Shown here: piece by piece, positions 34,877 through 48,550 of the stretch | How positions within the stretch are numbered: the stretch's first letter is position 1 | Layout of the letters: every line of letters starts with the position of its first letter | Source: Anthoceros angustus | Lineage: Eukaryota; Plantae; Anthocerotophyta | Reading direction: 5' to 3' | Assembly (NCBI GenBank): GCA_010909165.1 | Contig: MU008166.1 | Span: 1,550,001-1,614,000, forward strand | DNA: 64,000 nt | Position numbers and translations under genes: made by a program | Notes under the pieces: generated by a model | Seen by the model: only the letters and a program-made list of their open reading frames with translations | Told to the model about the DNA's origin: nothing | The model's database searches: none

Positions 34877-37800
34877 GCTTCTTCAGCCAAGACACAACCT
34901 TCCTTCTTCTTCTTATTGTTATATCCTGAATAGTAGACTATTGGTGCCGACTATAAAGCGCGCAATCTACTTTCAGTTCAGCTTAGTGCAATGTAGAGGT
35001 GGGGTATCAAAGTGCCTAAAAGATTGTTTTATGTTCTACTATATGGCTAAATAGAGCGAAACCTAGTAATGATTGTAATTAAAACCTCCATGATCCAAGA
35101 TGGATCTGAAGATGTTTGGTATATAGATTTCCTCAACTTTGTCACAAGAAACTCCTTTATTGATTGTCTGTTGAGCTTCATATATTGTACATAATGACCA
35201 ATTCTCGTATGCATGTTTTTGAAGTGCCATACTTAGCTTCTTGCACCGCCATGATGGAAGGCTGCCTTTAGAGCCCACCATGTTGCCTTTAAAGCCCATC
35301 ATGGTACCTTTAGAGCCATAGAGCGTTGATCATGACTCCAATTCTTTTACGGATATATTGGTCCATGCCATAGTGTCTGCACCCCATTTTGTGGTGTAGC
35401 TCAAAGGCACACAAAACTCAGCTTGTCTCCAAGCTCGAGCTTGTGTGCTTGAGCTTGCCGTTTGTTCTTATAAGTAGGCTTCTCAAGGTGCATCGCATCG
35501 TTTAGAAAATTGTCTTGCTTAAGCATCCTTTTGTTTCTCTACAATTCCTCATCGTTTTATGTGCTAGCTAGCTTCGAGCTCTTTATGTGTTATGTACTAG
35601 CTCGAGTGAACGAGGGAGATGCTAGAACTTACATCAGTTTGTTTTAATATACAAATGGAAGTAAGTTTTGGTACTGCACATGCCTCAAGATGCATACCAT
35701 TTATGTTACTCACCTTGAACTTTTGCTTTTAATGTTTTTGGATTGGGTACTAGGTATAATGTTCCTAATTAAGATTGCCTCAGAGGCTAAGATTATCTCA
35801 ACCTCTATCTAAAATAAGTACTTGTTTCCTTGATAGCTCGCCATCACCCAAGGTTGAAACATCGTGAATGGGTTGAGATACAATGCTGCACAACACCTCT
35901 TCAACATCTTGAGTTCATGAAATCCATAAAATACACAAAAATCATTTTAGTACCAGAAACGCGGGGTGGACTCATTTCAAAAATTGCAAGAAACATTTTG
36001 ATGCAATGTTCTCCTTTCGCGGAGGCACTCCTCTTAAATCCCGCAATATGCCACAAAGCCCTGCTTGAGAACTTCTCGCGCTGAAAATTCTATGTATGTA
36101 CAAAGCTCTGCTTGTGAACTTTCCGCGCTGAAAATGCTGTGCTCAAAGCTCTTAAGAAATTTCTGCGCTACAAATACTTTGCACAAGTTTTTCTTGCGAA
36201 ACTAAAGTGAATGGAGGTGCTCAAATTATCGATATATATAAAAATACCCGGGTATTGGTTGTCAAGTGTATTTAATGACTGGTCATATAGATATATGTTG
36301 GTCATGGTATGAGTACGGCCATGTTTGGCCTTAAACATGTGAATATCCAGGCCGTCTTTATGCTGGGCTATCCGTAGCCAGCTCGAGCTACATGAAAATT
36401 GCCTCTGAAGGTGTCCAAAAAAGAGGCTATCCTTAGGCTGCATATCTCCACTCTAGCTGTATCTTTATGAGACTGGCTGCAGGTGGATGCAGATTGAGCA
36501 AAGAATAAAACTGTCGAACTGATCACACTCCTTGATTTACTAAAATCTGCAAACATAGTTAGGAAATCTCAAATTTAGGTTCTCAATCCTTATGGGGTTA
36601 ACTATAGATGAAATCTAAATTGAAGTGCAAACTCGCCCAAGCACAGGTATGTTCTATTCACGATAAGAATAGGATCCGATACCGCAGCAACTCTTGAATC
36701 ATTGACGTAAATCAAATATAAGAAATAAAAAGAAATACGTTTAGTACTTTGTATACCTATACAAGTACTAAATGTACCATTGCGGGCATGTTTCCTTTTG
36801 CAACCTTGAACATGACTAGTGTATCCTAATTGGAAGTGAAACTCTCATGCCAGTCCTCTTCTGATCACGGACAGCATGCATCGTCGGTCAAGCAAAACCT
36901 CGATGTGGGGTATCTACGTCTGATCAGAGTGGAAATCTCAAGCAGCAAGCTGAGCGGCGAGCGCCCAAACTGTTTAGGAATAGGTGGAGGGATTTAAGGT
37001 TTTTACATCTCGCGGGGTTTGCCGCGCGACTGCTTGCCTTCCTGCCAGATGTGTATGGAGGAACGAGCGATGCTTGGCTGTGGAAGTACGAAAGTGGGTT
37101 TCTTCCAGCTTGGATGCTCGGGCACACAGCAAATTACATCAGGTTCTCATGATCAACGACGGCTTGTGACCTTGTTGGCCTTTGACAGTGAGGAACTTGT
37201 CATCTCGTGATGCAGGCATTCCCAGCGGCACTAGGGTTTTAAGCTGGTTTCAAAGGTGAGGGTCTGCGGTCTTGCTTGCTTGCCAGGTCTGCCTTGGCTT
37301 CTGTGAAGTCTGAGGTCTGGTGCTCGGGCAGTGTGTTTGAGTTGGGATCTCTGGGGTTGGCAATGTGACGTGCTAAGCTTGAGGGGAAGGGGAATGTTAG
37401 GGGTTCTGGTCGTGCATAGCTTTGCGGACCTTTGTACGTTGTTGTGCAAATGCAAGTCAGGGAGGGTTTGTGAAGAACGTAAGAGAAGATTTTGACCATG
37501 CTGAATCGTCAACCCTGCAAGAACAAGCCGATGTGATTGGGCCGTAGAGCGGCTCCCAAAGGCTGGACTCGTGTAGAATGACTTCATGTGTACCATTGCT
37601 GCAGATTGGAATGGCAGGGGGAGTTGGACAGGTTGGATACACAAGGTTGCCATATCTGGACAAAGGATGTACATTGTAAGTGTTTTGTATTCTGCCTCTT
37701 ATACATATGGGCTGAGCCGCCTGTTCTGGAAGAGAGTTTTGAATTGCAAGAGAGTCAGTCCCAAGCCGTTGCAGGATTTCCAAAGTGGCCCACGCTTGGC

Positions 37801-40800
37801 TCTACACGGTACCCCAAGGTGAAGCTGGGCCAGCGTTGAGGAGCTCTTTTATCTAGCACACTGCATTGGGTGGCAGTGACAGTGCTCTAAAGTAGGTCCC
37901 CGGGAACGAGGATCCGAGAAATTGTGGGCAAAGTGGACTGCAGGTACTATCCCTTTAGCATGCCTACAGCTGTGCTGCCCTTGCCTTGGAGCATGCTGAC
38001 GGACATATGTACGGGCCTTCCCAATGAAGCATCATCCACAAGCCATGGACCAATGTGTGTGATGGAGTGCTACATTGGCGAGGGGCTGGCAAAACCGCCC
38101 ACAAACCGTGCCGTCTCAGACACGCCAGGTTGTCATATCACGCGACAGTCGCAGCAGACGACTCCAACCTGTACAGTACCTCCCCGGGCATACGTAGCCC
38201 AGTGTGTGTCCAGGACGTCCCTAGTCATCCATTCCTCAGTGAATGGAATTTGGTGGGTGGAAGGCGTACTTTACGATGGATGTACGTACATTGTGGAATG
38301 TCTTGCCATGACAGGTATCGCAGAGCTGAATCCACTGTTGGTAGTGACGGGGCAGCATCTTCATCTGGAGGGACGAAGTCCCATACAAAGTGGCATGTGA
38401 CGAGGATTGAGCATTGTTCCGAGCATCGCAGGTTAGCCCAACACGTCCTCCTGCTCCTATTGAGCCATGCGCAGGTATCTCTCAATTATCTAACAAGCAC
38501 GTGGCAGATTGTCCCTGTCCGGGCTGGGTGGAGAAGCAAAACGGGATGTGTGCACACAGCTCTCTCACAACCATGCGAGTGAGACCGAAAGCATGAATCC
38601 ATAAATCTATCTATCCGCTGCTGAGTGCGCACGTCACACCTCGTGAAGTCTTCAACAGGTGGGCCCTGTTATCGGGTTGCCTTGTTTCACAGCCGGCTCA
38701 CCAGTCACGCGACTTGACTCCCAAGAGTCATCACCAGCTTCCCCGGCTGCTCCAGTATCACACAATCAGGTCTGTAACTCTGTAATTTAATCTCCCTGTA
38801 TACCGCTTGCCTGCGGCTTTCTCATGGTGCTCCCTGGACAGCTCGCGCACGTGTTCTAATATTTTACAAGTGGCAACACTTCCTTGAGTTCTCAACACAT
38901 GAGATTGATACCAGTGAAGCATTGAACAACAACAGGAATGGACAAAAACCCACTCACGATTCCCGATTCCTGCTGCCAAGCCCCTTGAGAAAATCATGTG
39001 GTGACGACTGCTGGAGGAGCCTGCTGAGAACCTGTCCCTTTTTGCACCTTCCACATCCCAACTTTGGAAGTGCCGGAAGTTCCATATGGTAGGTTGGAAG
39101 CAGCAAGCTGCATCCGTCCACTTTCATTCCAGCTGGAGAGGGAGTACAGCTGGTGCAGGACAAGCAGGACCAGAAACAGCAACAGCCCACCTCCGCACTT
39201 CTTCGTCCACTTGCTTGCAAGAGTACCCCACCACCCAGCCCAGCGGCGTTTTGGAATGTACAAGTGGTCAGCAGTTCCATTGCCATCGTTGTCCAAGGAT
39301 CACGACTGCTCCAGGCCAAGCTCACGACTCAGGAGCGTAGAATTCTTCTGTCCTTTCCTCCCCGGCGGAGACTCGCGCGTCTGCCACATCAATTGTTGCC
39401 GTGGCTGGAGCACGGGTAAACAGATTAAGGCATTACAAGTGGTGGAGGGCGAGGGAGAAAAGGGAAAGGGAAAGGGAAAGGGAAAGAGAGTGCACGTTTT
39501 ACCGGGTGGCCTTGCCCCGTTGGATCTGCATCAGCCAAGGCGGCCGCATCTTTTTTGCATGCTCGTGAGGTCAAAAGAGACATCACAATATTATTTTGCT
39601 CCTTGAGGCGTGCACATCGTCATAGCCGTTGGCTTCCACCAATCCACCAAAACATGGGTGACACCAGCCGGGGTGGCTGGAGAGCAGAAGCCTTTCCTGC
39701 TGTCCTTTCACGGATGCAAACAGGGTGTCACAAAGATTGCCAATATCTTGGGGGCCACTGGATGGTTTTGGGGAAAGGAGCTGCCTTGCAACGGCGCTTC
39801 TCGGAAACGGGGCCTTCTCCTTCTCCTGCTCCTGCGCCTGCTCCTGCATGGGCAGCGACACACAGCAGGCCTATGGGGCACCAAAATGCATGTCTTCCAT
39901 GTGTAGAGAGATGCGGAAAAGCAAGGACTGCGAGAGTTGGATGGAAACCGGTGCAGCAAGCAGCCCTTTTGGCACCCACCGCCAGCGCTTGATAGGAGAC
40001 CCGTTGTCATCCCCGAGACCGGCTATGGTGACGTTTGCAAGCAAAGGTCTGAGACACAGACTCTCTCACGAGTCCCAGGGCCTGGACTCCTGACACTAAA
40101 ACTCTCATCTGGTGCCACTTGTGTTGCCTTGAATGTCAGCCACCTGGGGATTTCTGCAAAGTGTGTGTGTACCTGCTGCCTGCCAGACGCCGTTATTTGG
40201 TGCAGATTGGAGCATCATCTCTCAGAGCTGCACGGGTGGTGCCGGTCCAGTTGTCCGGTTTACACCAGTCTGACAAGGTGAGAGTTTTGGTGTCCTTGTA
40301 CGGGGCAGACCTAAGAGCTGCCACGATGGGCTGCTTCTTCTGGAGGACGAACCTGCTCCATTGCGTGGACAGAGATCGAGCCCACACCTACCAGCTCAGC
40401 TGTGGATCATGCCGTTGCTGTGGTTCCTAAAGGTGATCAGCCAGCATGACTCTAATTCATCCGCATTCACCCTGTCCTGGAGCCCTGACAAACACAAAAT
40501 CATTAGTCTAGAGCAGCAGACGCTCGACGACGTGTGCAGATCTGGAAGCGGTCCCTCAGACCCTTCCCTCCTTGCTGTGCTGCACGCATGCATACTAAGG
40601 GAATGAACTAGTCTCTTGTGGGATTGGATTTCCTTCCTTGGATCCCTCCGTATCCCAATTTCACCATCTTAGCTAATCGGTTGCTACCTCTGCAGGAAAG
40701 CAAACTTTAAGGTAGACAGGCCTGCAAAATTCCAGCGACTGTTGACCCCATTGGCTGTCAAGGCACACTTCCCAGAGACAGACAAGACATGATAGCGCCG

Positions 40801-41384
40801 CTGGATGGGTTGGGCCGAGATTTCACCTGGCCCACCTGCACATGAATTGCTATAAGCTACTCTCGTGCTCTCTCTCTCTATTGAATGTTCCGATCCGATT
40901 AGGAAGCAGGCCATGCTCACTTAGGTGGCGACACCTGGGGCTGGGAGCCTTGAGATGGTGAGCCAATGCGCACCTATGCGCACTTGAGTTGCAGGCACTC
41001 AGAGACTGGCGTAATTGCTGGTTTGCAGATTCTCTTTTTTTTGTATACATGATGCTCACGGCATCCATTGCTCGCTAGCTATCACTTGTGCGTGCCTCAT
41101 TTGAATGTAACAGCACAGGACTCCGTCTTCCTGCACCTTTAAATACAGCCTGTCTCCCACCTGCATTCTCGACCTTCACACCATATTCATCTCCGTTCCC
41201 AATAGCCAAGCTGAGAGGACAGGACTCAGGAGTCCAGGACAGAGCGGACTCCTCCCTTCTCAGGGACACTGGTTTCCTTCGGGATTCCAATCCTCTGTCC
41301 ACGGCAATTGAGAATGTGTTGCAACTTGCGACATACCTGAGCGAGGAGCTCGTACGCAGAACAAGTGGGCAGTCGGACGCTTCA

Positions 41385-42958
41385 ATGGCTTCTCGTATGT
41401 CGATGCTGGCGTGGGTGCTCATCATAGCAGTGGTGCTGACCGACCCAACCTTCGCCGAGGGATCCAGCAAGCATCACAAGCATCACAAGCACCACAAGCA
41501 CCACAAGACGCATCCAGACCCCTTCACTCCCGGGGATTTAGAGAGCGTCCGCTCGGAGTACCTTGCCTGGGTTGGAAGAGTGGGAAACAAGACAGCATCC
41601 GTCTCAGGTTTCGAAACCTTGGATGGCGTCTCCTTGGCTAAGGGCGTGGACACCATCATCACCGTCAACCAGAAGGGAGGTGCCAACTACAAGAAGGTCC
41701 AGGACGCTGTGGATGCCGTCCCCAAACACAGCACTGTCCGGATAACCATTCAAATCGCTGCCGGCACTTACAAGTGAGCTTGGCACCAGCTTCTCCTCTT
41801 CTTTTCTCTGTTCTTCCCTTAAAATTCTTCGCCCCTCTTGTTTTCTCTCCTCCACCAGCTCTGCTCAACAGCCCAATTGTGGCTCACGCTGTGCTCATTC
41901 TTGAAATTCTGCAGAGAGAAGGTGACCATTCCTTCAAACAAACCTTACATCACATTCCAAGGAGCCGGCGCAGACGTCACCAAGATCACCTGGAACGACA
42001 TTGCCGGGGAATCCAGCACCTACAAGAGTGCCTCCGTGGCAGTAAACTCGGACAACTTCATAGCCCAAGGCATCAGCTTCGAGGTACCCACCACCCGTCT
42101 TTCCCACCTCAATTCGCAGCAATTCCTGCTCCAAATCTGCTCTCCAACCCAACACGCTTGAATGTGGCAGAACTCAGCACCCGCGCCGCCTCCAGGGGCA
42201 GTGGGAAAGCAGGCCGTGGCGCTGCGAATCTCAGGGGACAAAGCCCAGTTCGATTCCTGCAATTTCTACGGTGCTCAGGACACTCTCTATGATCATAAAG
42301 GCCGCCACTACTTCAAGAACTGCAAAATTGTCGGCTCCATCGACTTCATCTTCGGCGACGGCCAGTCCCTGTACACGGTACAAATCAAATTGAATTTCGC
42401 AGAGTCCCTTGTTGCAAAGTTCCCAAAATGCAAGCAGCATTTGATGAAGAATGGGCCCCGTCTTTTCTTTCCAGGGATGCGAGCTTCACGCAATTGCCAA
42501 GACTTTTGGCTCCCTCACAGCACAGAAGAGAGCCAGCAAGTCCGAGGACACAGGATTTTCCTTCGTGAATTGCAAGGTGACGGGGACCGGAATGCTCTAC
42601 CTTGGGCGAGCATGGGGGCCGGCGTCCCGAGTCGTTTTTGCCTACACTTACATTGCAGACATCATCGTGCCTCAGGGCTGGTACGACTGGGGAGATTCTA
42701 GCAGGCAGAAGTAAGCTATCGCAAACTTTGAAACAAACACAAGGCATGTAGCGGTTGGACAAAAGGCATTTGAGAGCTCACTCACTCACTCATTGTGGAC
42801 ATTGATGCAGAACGGTGTTTTATGGGCTTTACAAATGCTCTGGCCCTGGATCTGTGGACAACGGATTTGTGAGCTGGGCGCATAAACTTACAGCTTCTCA
42901 GGCTGCACCTTTCCTGACTACTAATTTTATTGATGGAAAGAGCTGGGTCAGCATTTAA
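41385..42958 (+). CDS. PME: Pectin methylesterase without a PRO/PMEI domain; exons 41385-41773, 41915-42083, 42171-42377, 42475-42710, 42811-42958
   Basis: Signal peptide, then [14 protein letters not shown]|[30 protein letters not shown] and GWYDW, ending FIDGKSW. Four in-frame GT-AG introns. Confidence 0.95.
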
Positions 42959-43704
42959 ATCCAAACTTCGAACTGGATTTACATACTTACCACAACTGAA
43001 GCTAAGTATGTGTATTCACTTTCAGTGCTCACTCTAAGTATGTACAGATTTCACTTGCTTCCTCATCCTAGAGAATCACAGATTCCATGGTACATATGAA
43101 AGCCTAGACACCGAGCTGTTGTCAGGACTTGCGCCTGTCAGAGTTGAGAATAAGATTTTGATTTGTGGAAGTGGAATAAAGTATTTGGATGGGAAGCCTC
43201 ATACCTCGCTGAGCTCCCATGCTTTGAAACTCCAACTTGACGTAGACTGGACTTGTGAGTGTGACGCAACATTGGGCTCAACAACAACCCCCTTGTTCCT
43301 AGGAGTTGAGGCGAGTCTCCCTACCTCCACTACCTGCGCGTACTACATACATACGCCTTGTACAGACCTTGTAACCAATAATCAATGAATGCCTAACTGT
43401 TCCAATAATCTACCATGGTGAACGTTGCCTCGTTGTGTACCGAGTCTCATGGTGTACTACCACCCTTAGTGCCTTAATGGGTTTTAGTAAAATTCTCCTC
43501 CTTCCACCCTTTATTTGGCATATGCCCTCTTGCCCTGTCGCCAGTGGCCACCATCCAATCAAGTTATTGACCTGTTCAATGCGAGGAAGACCAGCTTCAG
43601 CTAGCTTGGCTTAGCCGTCGAACACCATACTATGTGATCACCTTGGGTGCTAATCTACTTAGCTCATAGGCAGGAGCAACGAAACTACGCAGTGCCCTTC
43701 TCTT

Positions 43705-45268
43705 TCAGGTTGAACTAAGCCACTGCTGGCCATCGATGAAGCTGATCTGCTTGAGAGGTCCAGCTTCTTCGCCAGAGAGCTCATGAGACCAGCGCACGCG
43801 CCGAGCCAAATTAGACCCTGGCCCAGAGCACTGGTACTGCCCATAGTAAACAGTCCTGCGGAGAAGAGCAGCATGTAAGCGTAGCCTACAGAATGAATGC
43901 ATCCTTTCTCAGAAGCGACATTTCAGATTGTGTGTTCAAAACATACCTCTGTCTGCTTGGCTGAGACCAGTCGTACCAGCCTTCAGGGATCACAATGTCA
44001 TCCATGTAAGTGTACATAAATACTACCCTGGAATAATCTCCCCATGCTCGTCCCAGGTATACAGGTCCTGAGCCCGTGATTTTGCAATTGATGAAAATGA
44101 AACCAGTCCTCTCCTTAGGGCTTGATCTTTTCTGGGCTGTCAATGATCCTGTGAGCTGTGCGATTGAGTGGAGCTGACAACCCTGCACAACTCTTTCAGA
44201 ATCAGATTGCTGCATGATGACGTGGAGGACTTGCCATCTGGTAGCACCAGTTGACAAAACTCAGGAAACAAGCATGGGAAATATGCCAACTGAACTTACA
44301 ACAAACATGGACTGTCCGTTGCCAAAGATGAAATCAATGGAGCCTTCTATAAAGCACTCCTTGAAGTAGTGGCGGCCTATGTAGTCGAACAACGTGTCTT
44401 GGGCACCGTATATCCCACACTGGTAGAAGGCATGCTTATCACCGTTGAGAAGCAATGCCACAGCTTGCTGGTCCTGCGCACCAGGATCAGGCAATGGCGC
44501 TGCATTCTACAGTACAACACGTTCCTTTGTCAGTATATCTTCCGTGGTCAGAACCCAACCTCTAACTCCCGTCTCCCGAGACATACCCGGAATCCAACGC
44601 CCACAGCTACGAAGTTGTCTGCATTAACGTACACCGTTGCACTGTTGGCTGTGCCCCCTTCGCTCCTTGCCGTGCCACTGGACTGTATGACTGACAGGTC
44701 CCTTCCCGCACCTTGGAACTTGATGTAAGGTTTGTTATACGGAATGAAAACCTTCTCCCTGTTCAAAGCAGCGACCGCAGGTTGATTGATTCACCCACTT
44801 CGCTACCTCTTTCTGAAAATGCCGAGTGCAAAATTAACATGGTCAGAATTAGCACAAAACTTACTTGTATAATCCTGCGTTGATTTGTATGACAACTTGC
44901 ACTCTGTTGTTTTCTGGGACAGCATCCACTGCCGCTTGAACAGTACGGAAGTTCCCTCTCCCACGTTGATCAACCACAAGCCAACGGGCGCCTGCGAACT
45001 CGTTCTCAAACGGGTCACTTTGCGAGCTGCCCGTTGTGCGGTCTAGCATCTCCCTTTCCAGCTGTTCGCGCTCCGTCTGTGCGCCTGGTCCATTTTCCTC
45101 AGTCCATTGCTTGAAATCGTGAATTGTATCCTCCTCCCAGGTGCCATGCGGTCGCCAGCTCTTGCCAATCTTGGTAATTGTGTGCCTTTCCGATTGCACA
45201 AACTCGGAGCACAGAAGTGGAAAAAGAAGCCCGGCGAGTGACAGAATGTACGCTAATCTGGTATGCAT
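43705..45268 (-). CDS. PME: Pectin methylesterase without a PRO/PMEI domain; exons 45268-44865, 44758-44587, 44506-44300, 44182-43947, 43855-43705
   Basis: Signal peptide [21 protein letters not shown], then [16 protein letters not shown]|[35 protein letters not shown] and FIDGQQW. Intron positions are identical to the plus-strand PME. Confidence 0.95.
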
Positions 45269-47012
45269 AGTGAAACAATTCAACAAAGCAGGTCTACGAT
45301 ACCAGCACATTCATAAGGATTGCCTAAGCTACGCTCAGGGCCGCGGATTGAGCAAGAGATACGCCTTCCTCTAATCTGTCTCCACATCTATACCAAAGGA
45401 AACGAAGAAAACTTTGCCGGCGCCTGCCAAAGCATGAAAAGAAGGAACGTAAATGCTGGATAGCTATCAATGCAGATGCCAACAGGTATGCGATTGAAAT
45501 CCAAGAAGCAAAAGATTGAACTTTCCCACGAAAACAGAATCAAGTGGACAGCAAAGCTTCTTATTGCACTGCTCATCAGCGCCAGCCAAATCGGCGGCAC
45601 ATCCAGGAGAAATGGCCCGGGCGTCAGAAATCTCAGCCTGCAAGAACGCACATGAGGCACTGTCTACAGCTGCATCAAATTTCCTTCTACTTTCATAGCA
45701 TACAGGGATGAGATGCAACGCACCGTCGAATTGAATCCACCTAACCACCCGTGACCACTGACATTTGAACATCAGTATTCAAACGATGCGCGACAGGCAA
45801 CAGAGCTGCCGAGAGAGCCGAAGAGGGAGGAGTCGGATGACATGAAGGGCGGCAGGAGGAGGAAATGAAGAAGTAGGAAGCAAGCGCACCGAAATGGTGA
45901 CCAGACATTGAATGCAGAAAAAGAGCGGCTCTCCGACAGACAAAGACAGACAAACACAAGCATGTTCGCTCCATTGCCTTCCACGGTCACATCCACATGT
46001 CCTGCACCTAACAAATGTCACCCGGCCGTAATGCACACACAAGCTCATCTTACCAGCCCCAGCAACTGCCAACGCCACAGCACAAACACATAGTTTAAGT
46101 CCAGCCAGCAAAGGTATCGAAAGCTGCGCGCCACGTTGAAGACGGAACTTCCCACAAGCAGCGCCAGCACCACGTTCTGTGACGTTGTAGGCATTGCCCC
46201 GGCATGGCCGCGGTCGCGCCACTTCCGGCTCACAGGTGCTTTGTGCGTGGGATGTCTGTCAGTAGCACAGAAGAGCCAAAAGCCGAAAGTGGCCTCCTCG
46301 TTTCTCCACGCTGCGCACTGTCTGACACAAATCCGTAGCAAGTCAGGATGCATGTTGTACATCGTCTTCTTCATCTGTCAGTCAGTTTGACGGATTCCGC
46401 CTTGCCTGGAGCTGCTAATCGAAGGACTGTACATCCTCTACATGTGTGTACCCTCCGCTATTACCCCATATTGCCTGGACATCCTTCGCCCACACCTGGT
46501 TGATCTTGGCAACCGTGGTCTCCGGTGACGTACACCACGGTTAGGCTTTCCGGTGGCTGCGGTTGGAATCTGGAACATGTTCTCGTTGCCCGAAAATGGC
46601 TCCGGGCATCGAATTAAAGTATTTTAATTCCGGAGGCCCTGGAAGAGTGGCTCCTAAAACTCGTCACGTTATTAAATGCGCTCGTCTGCGCAGGGTGGGA
46701 CCGTTAAAGGTTGCTCCGATCTTTGGAGAAGGTGCATACATCTGCATTGATGTATCTACAGGGTCAACATCTATTTACAGGACGGTCGGTATGTATGGCA
46801 TGTCAATTTATACTCAAGATTGGTGAAAACAGACGGGAGCAAACACTCGCAGACATACATGCTTGATATGTATGTAGCATGCAGGCAACAATGCAGATGG
46901 ATGAGCATAGGCATCTACACACAGGACATAGCACTCGTGCATAGGGTGCAAGGACACTGCTGTAACAGTGCCCATATGACGAGAAGCAAACTGAGCTTGC
47001 CCCTCCAACGAG

Positions 47013-47057
47013 CCATGTCTATTGCATCCCTCCATAGGCCGGATGCAATAGACATGG
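47013..47057. repeat. Perfect 17-bp inverted repeat (hairpin); second copy at ~49516-49560
   Basis: ccatgtctattgcatcc - 11-nt loop - ggatgcaatagacatgg. Confidence 0.85.
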
Positions 47058-47241
47058 ATTTATAAAAGAATAAATAGTAGGGTGTTAGATAATTAGGATA
47101 TACATATTAGATTAGGGCACGGTCAGGATAATGAGCAAACGCAAATGCGCATAGCATGGACGCGGATGTGTCCACATGACATGGCCAGTTGAGTGGCTAG
47201 AATGGATTGGAGATAACCGCGTCTTAACATTGGCTTTCAGT

Positions 47242-47253
47242 TGGTATTAGAGC
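47242..47253 (+). mobile_element. tRNA-iMet primer-binding-site-like motif of a plus-strand LTR retroelement remnant
   Basis: tttca-gt-TGGTATTAGAGC has one mismatch to the canonical TGGTATCAGAGC. It is duplicated at ~49750. Confidence 0.5.
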
Positions 47254-47359
47254 CACTCAAACCGCACGGGTTTGAATGGCAACAAGGCACTGCAGATCCC
47301 AAGTAGTTACAATTGTGTCTTGCATGAAAAATAGCCTAGCCCCACATGAGAAGTGGCAT

Positions 47360-47708
47360 TGTTGACCGACGGAGTGCTAAGAGGCCTGGCTGCATGCATG
47401 TTGTCCTGGTATTGGCTTTTAGTAGTCGATGAGTTGAGGAAGGTAGTATCTTGGCTGATCAGACTAGCCTACGAGTACGCTGCATACAAGATCGAAAAGG
47501 TATGTAGGACAATCATGGTGATCGAGGCCGTCAACTGGCATGGATTCATAATTCGCATCACCTCAGAACTGAAAGGGAAAACATTGGATTGATAATAAAC
47601 AATGTACAGAGGAAGAATGTGACCAGGCACATGAGAGCTTGTCCATGAAACGACGTGTCTGTTCAGGCTAGGACAGCGTAGCAAGCTAACGGATTGTAAT
47701 TCCTAACA
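47360..47708 (-). mobile_element. 3' LTR of the minus-strand Ty1/copia element
   Basis: On the minus strand a PPT (ttaagggggcg) is followed directly by TGTTAG at 47708. A TCAACA end lies at 47360, so the left boundary is tentative. Confidence 0.6.
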
Positions 47709-47736
47709 CGCCCCCTTAAGCTAGACTAGAGATGAA

Positions 47737-48550
47737 CTATGAACCATCAGGTAATGTCATCCCCAATCCGCTACAGCAAATTTCGTGCTCGGGCTTCGAC
47801 AAGGCTTTGGTAAGAACATCAGCCCACTGATCACTCGTAGGAGTGTAGGCAAGAGCCAATTCTCCATTTTCCACCTTCTCACGAAGAAAGTGAAACCGCA
47901 GCTCGATGTGCTTGGAACGATCATGGAATCTGGAGTTCTGAGAAAGAGCAGTCGAGGACTGGTTGTCGCACAGCAGGCGAACAGGACCAGCATGAGGAAA
48001 TCTATTTCATGAATTAAGCGAGAGAGCCAGACGGCTTCTTTGGATGCGGCAGCAACAACAATGTATTCATATTCGGTCGAGAGAGCAAGCTTGCTTGCGG
48101 ATTGCCAACAAAAGCGCCTAACTTAGTGAAAGTATAGCCTATATGACTTTCGAGAATCGAGATCACCAGCCCGATCGCATCAATCTAGCCACAAAGATTA
48201 GAAGTAGAATGTTTGTCATGATAATAGATGCCTCGTTGTCGAGTAGACTAAAGATATAATAGAATCTTTGATCGAGGACCAATGAGGAGGACCCGGGATT
48301 AGACATAAACCGTGAAGTGTGAGGCCGAGAAAGCAATATCGAGGTGAGAATTTTGCACAAGGTCGAATAGAGCTGTAAAGACGACAGTTGAGCTTTCATT
48401 TCAGCCCTAACAACATCATCTTGAGGTGATATGGCCTTAGTCAACTTCACACCAGCTTGTAAAGGAGTATCAATCGGCTTGGAATTCTCCATGTGGAACT
48501 TGGTGAGGACATCATCGACATACTTGGCTTGATGGATGGTAATAGTTTAA
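47737..48550 (-). mobile_element. Ty1/copia RT C-terminus and RNase H remnant (duplicate of 50790-51613)
   Basis: MENSKPIDTPL, FMSNPG, AASKEAVWL, SKHIE.RFHFLREKV and WADVLTKAL, all frameshifted. Confidence 0.85.

Noticed and set aside
46563-46826. Duplicated ORF MESGTCSRCPK... (also at 48990)
   Set aside because: It has a non-ATG start and no domain. It recurs only because the DNA block is duplicated.
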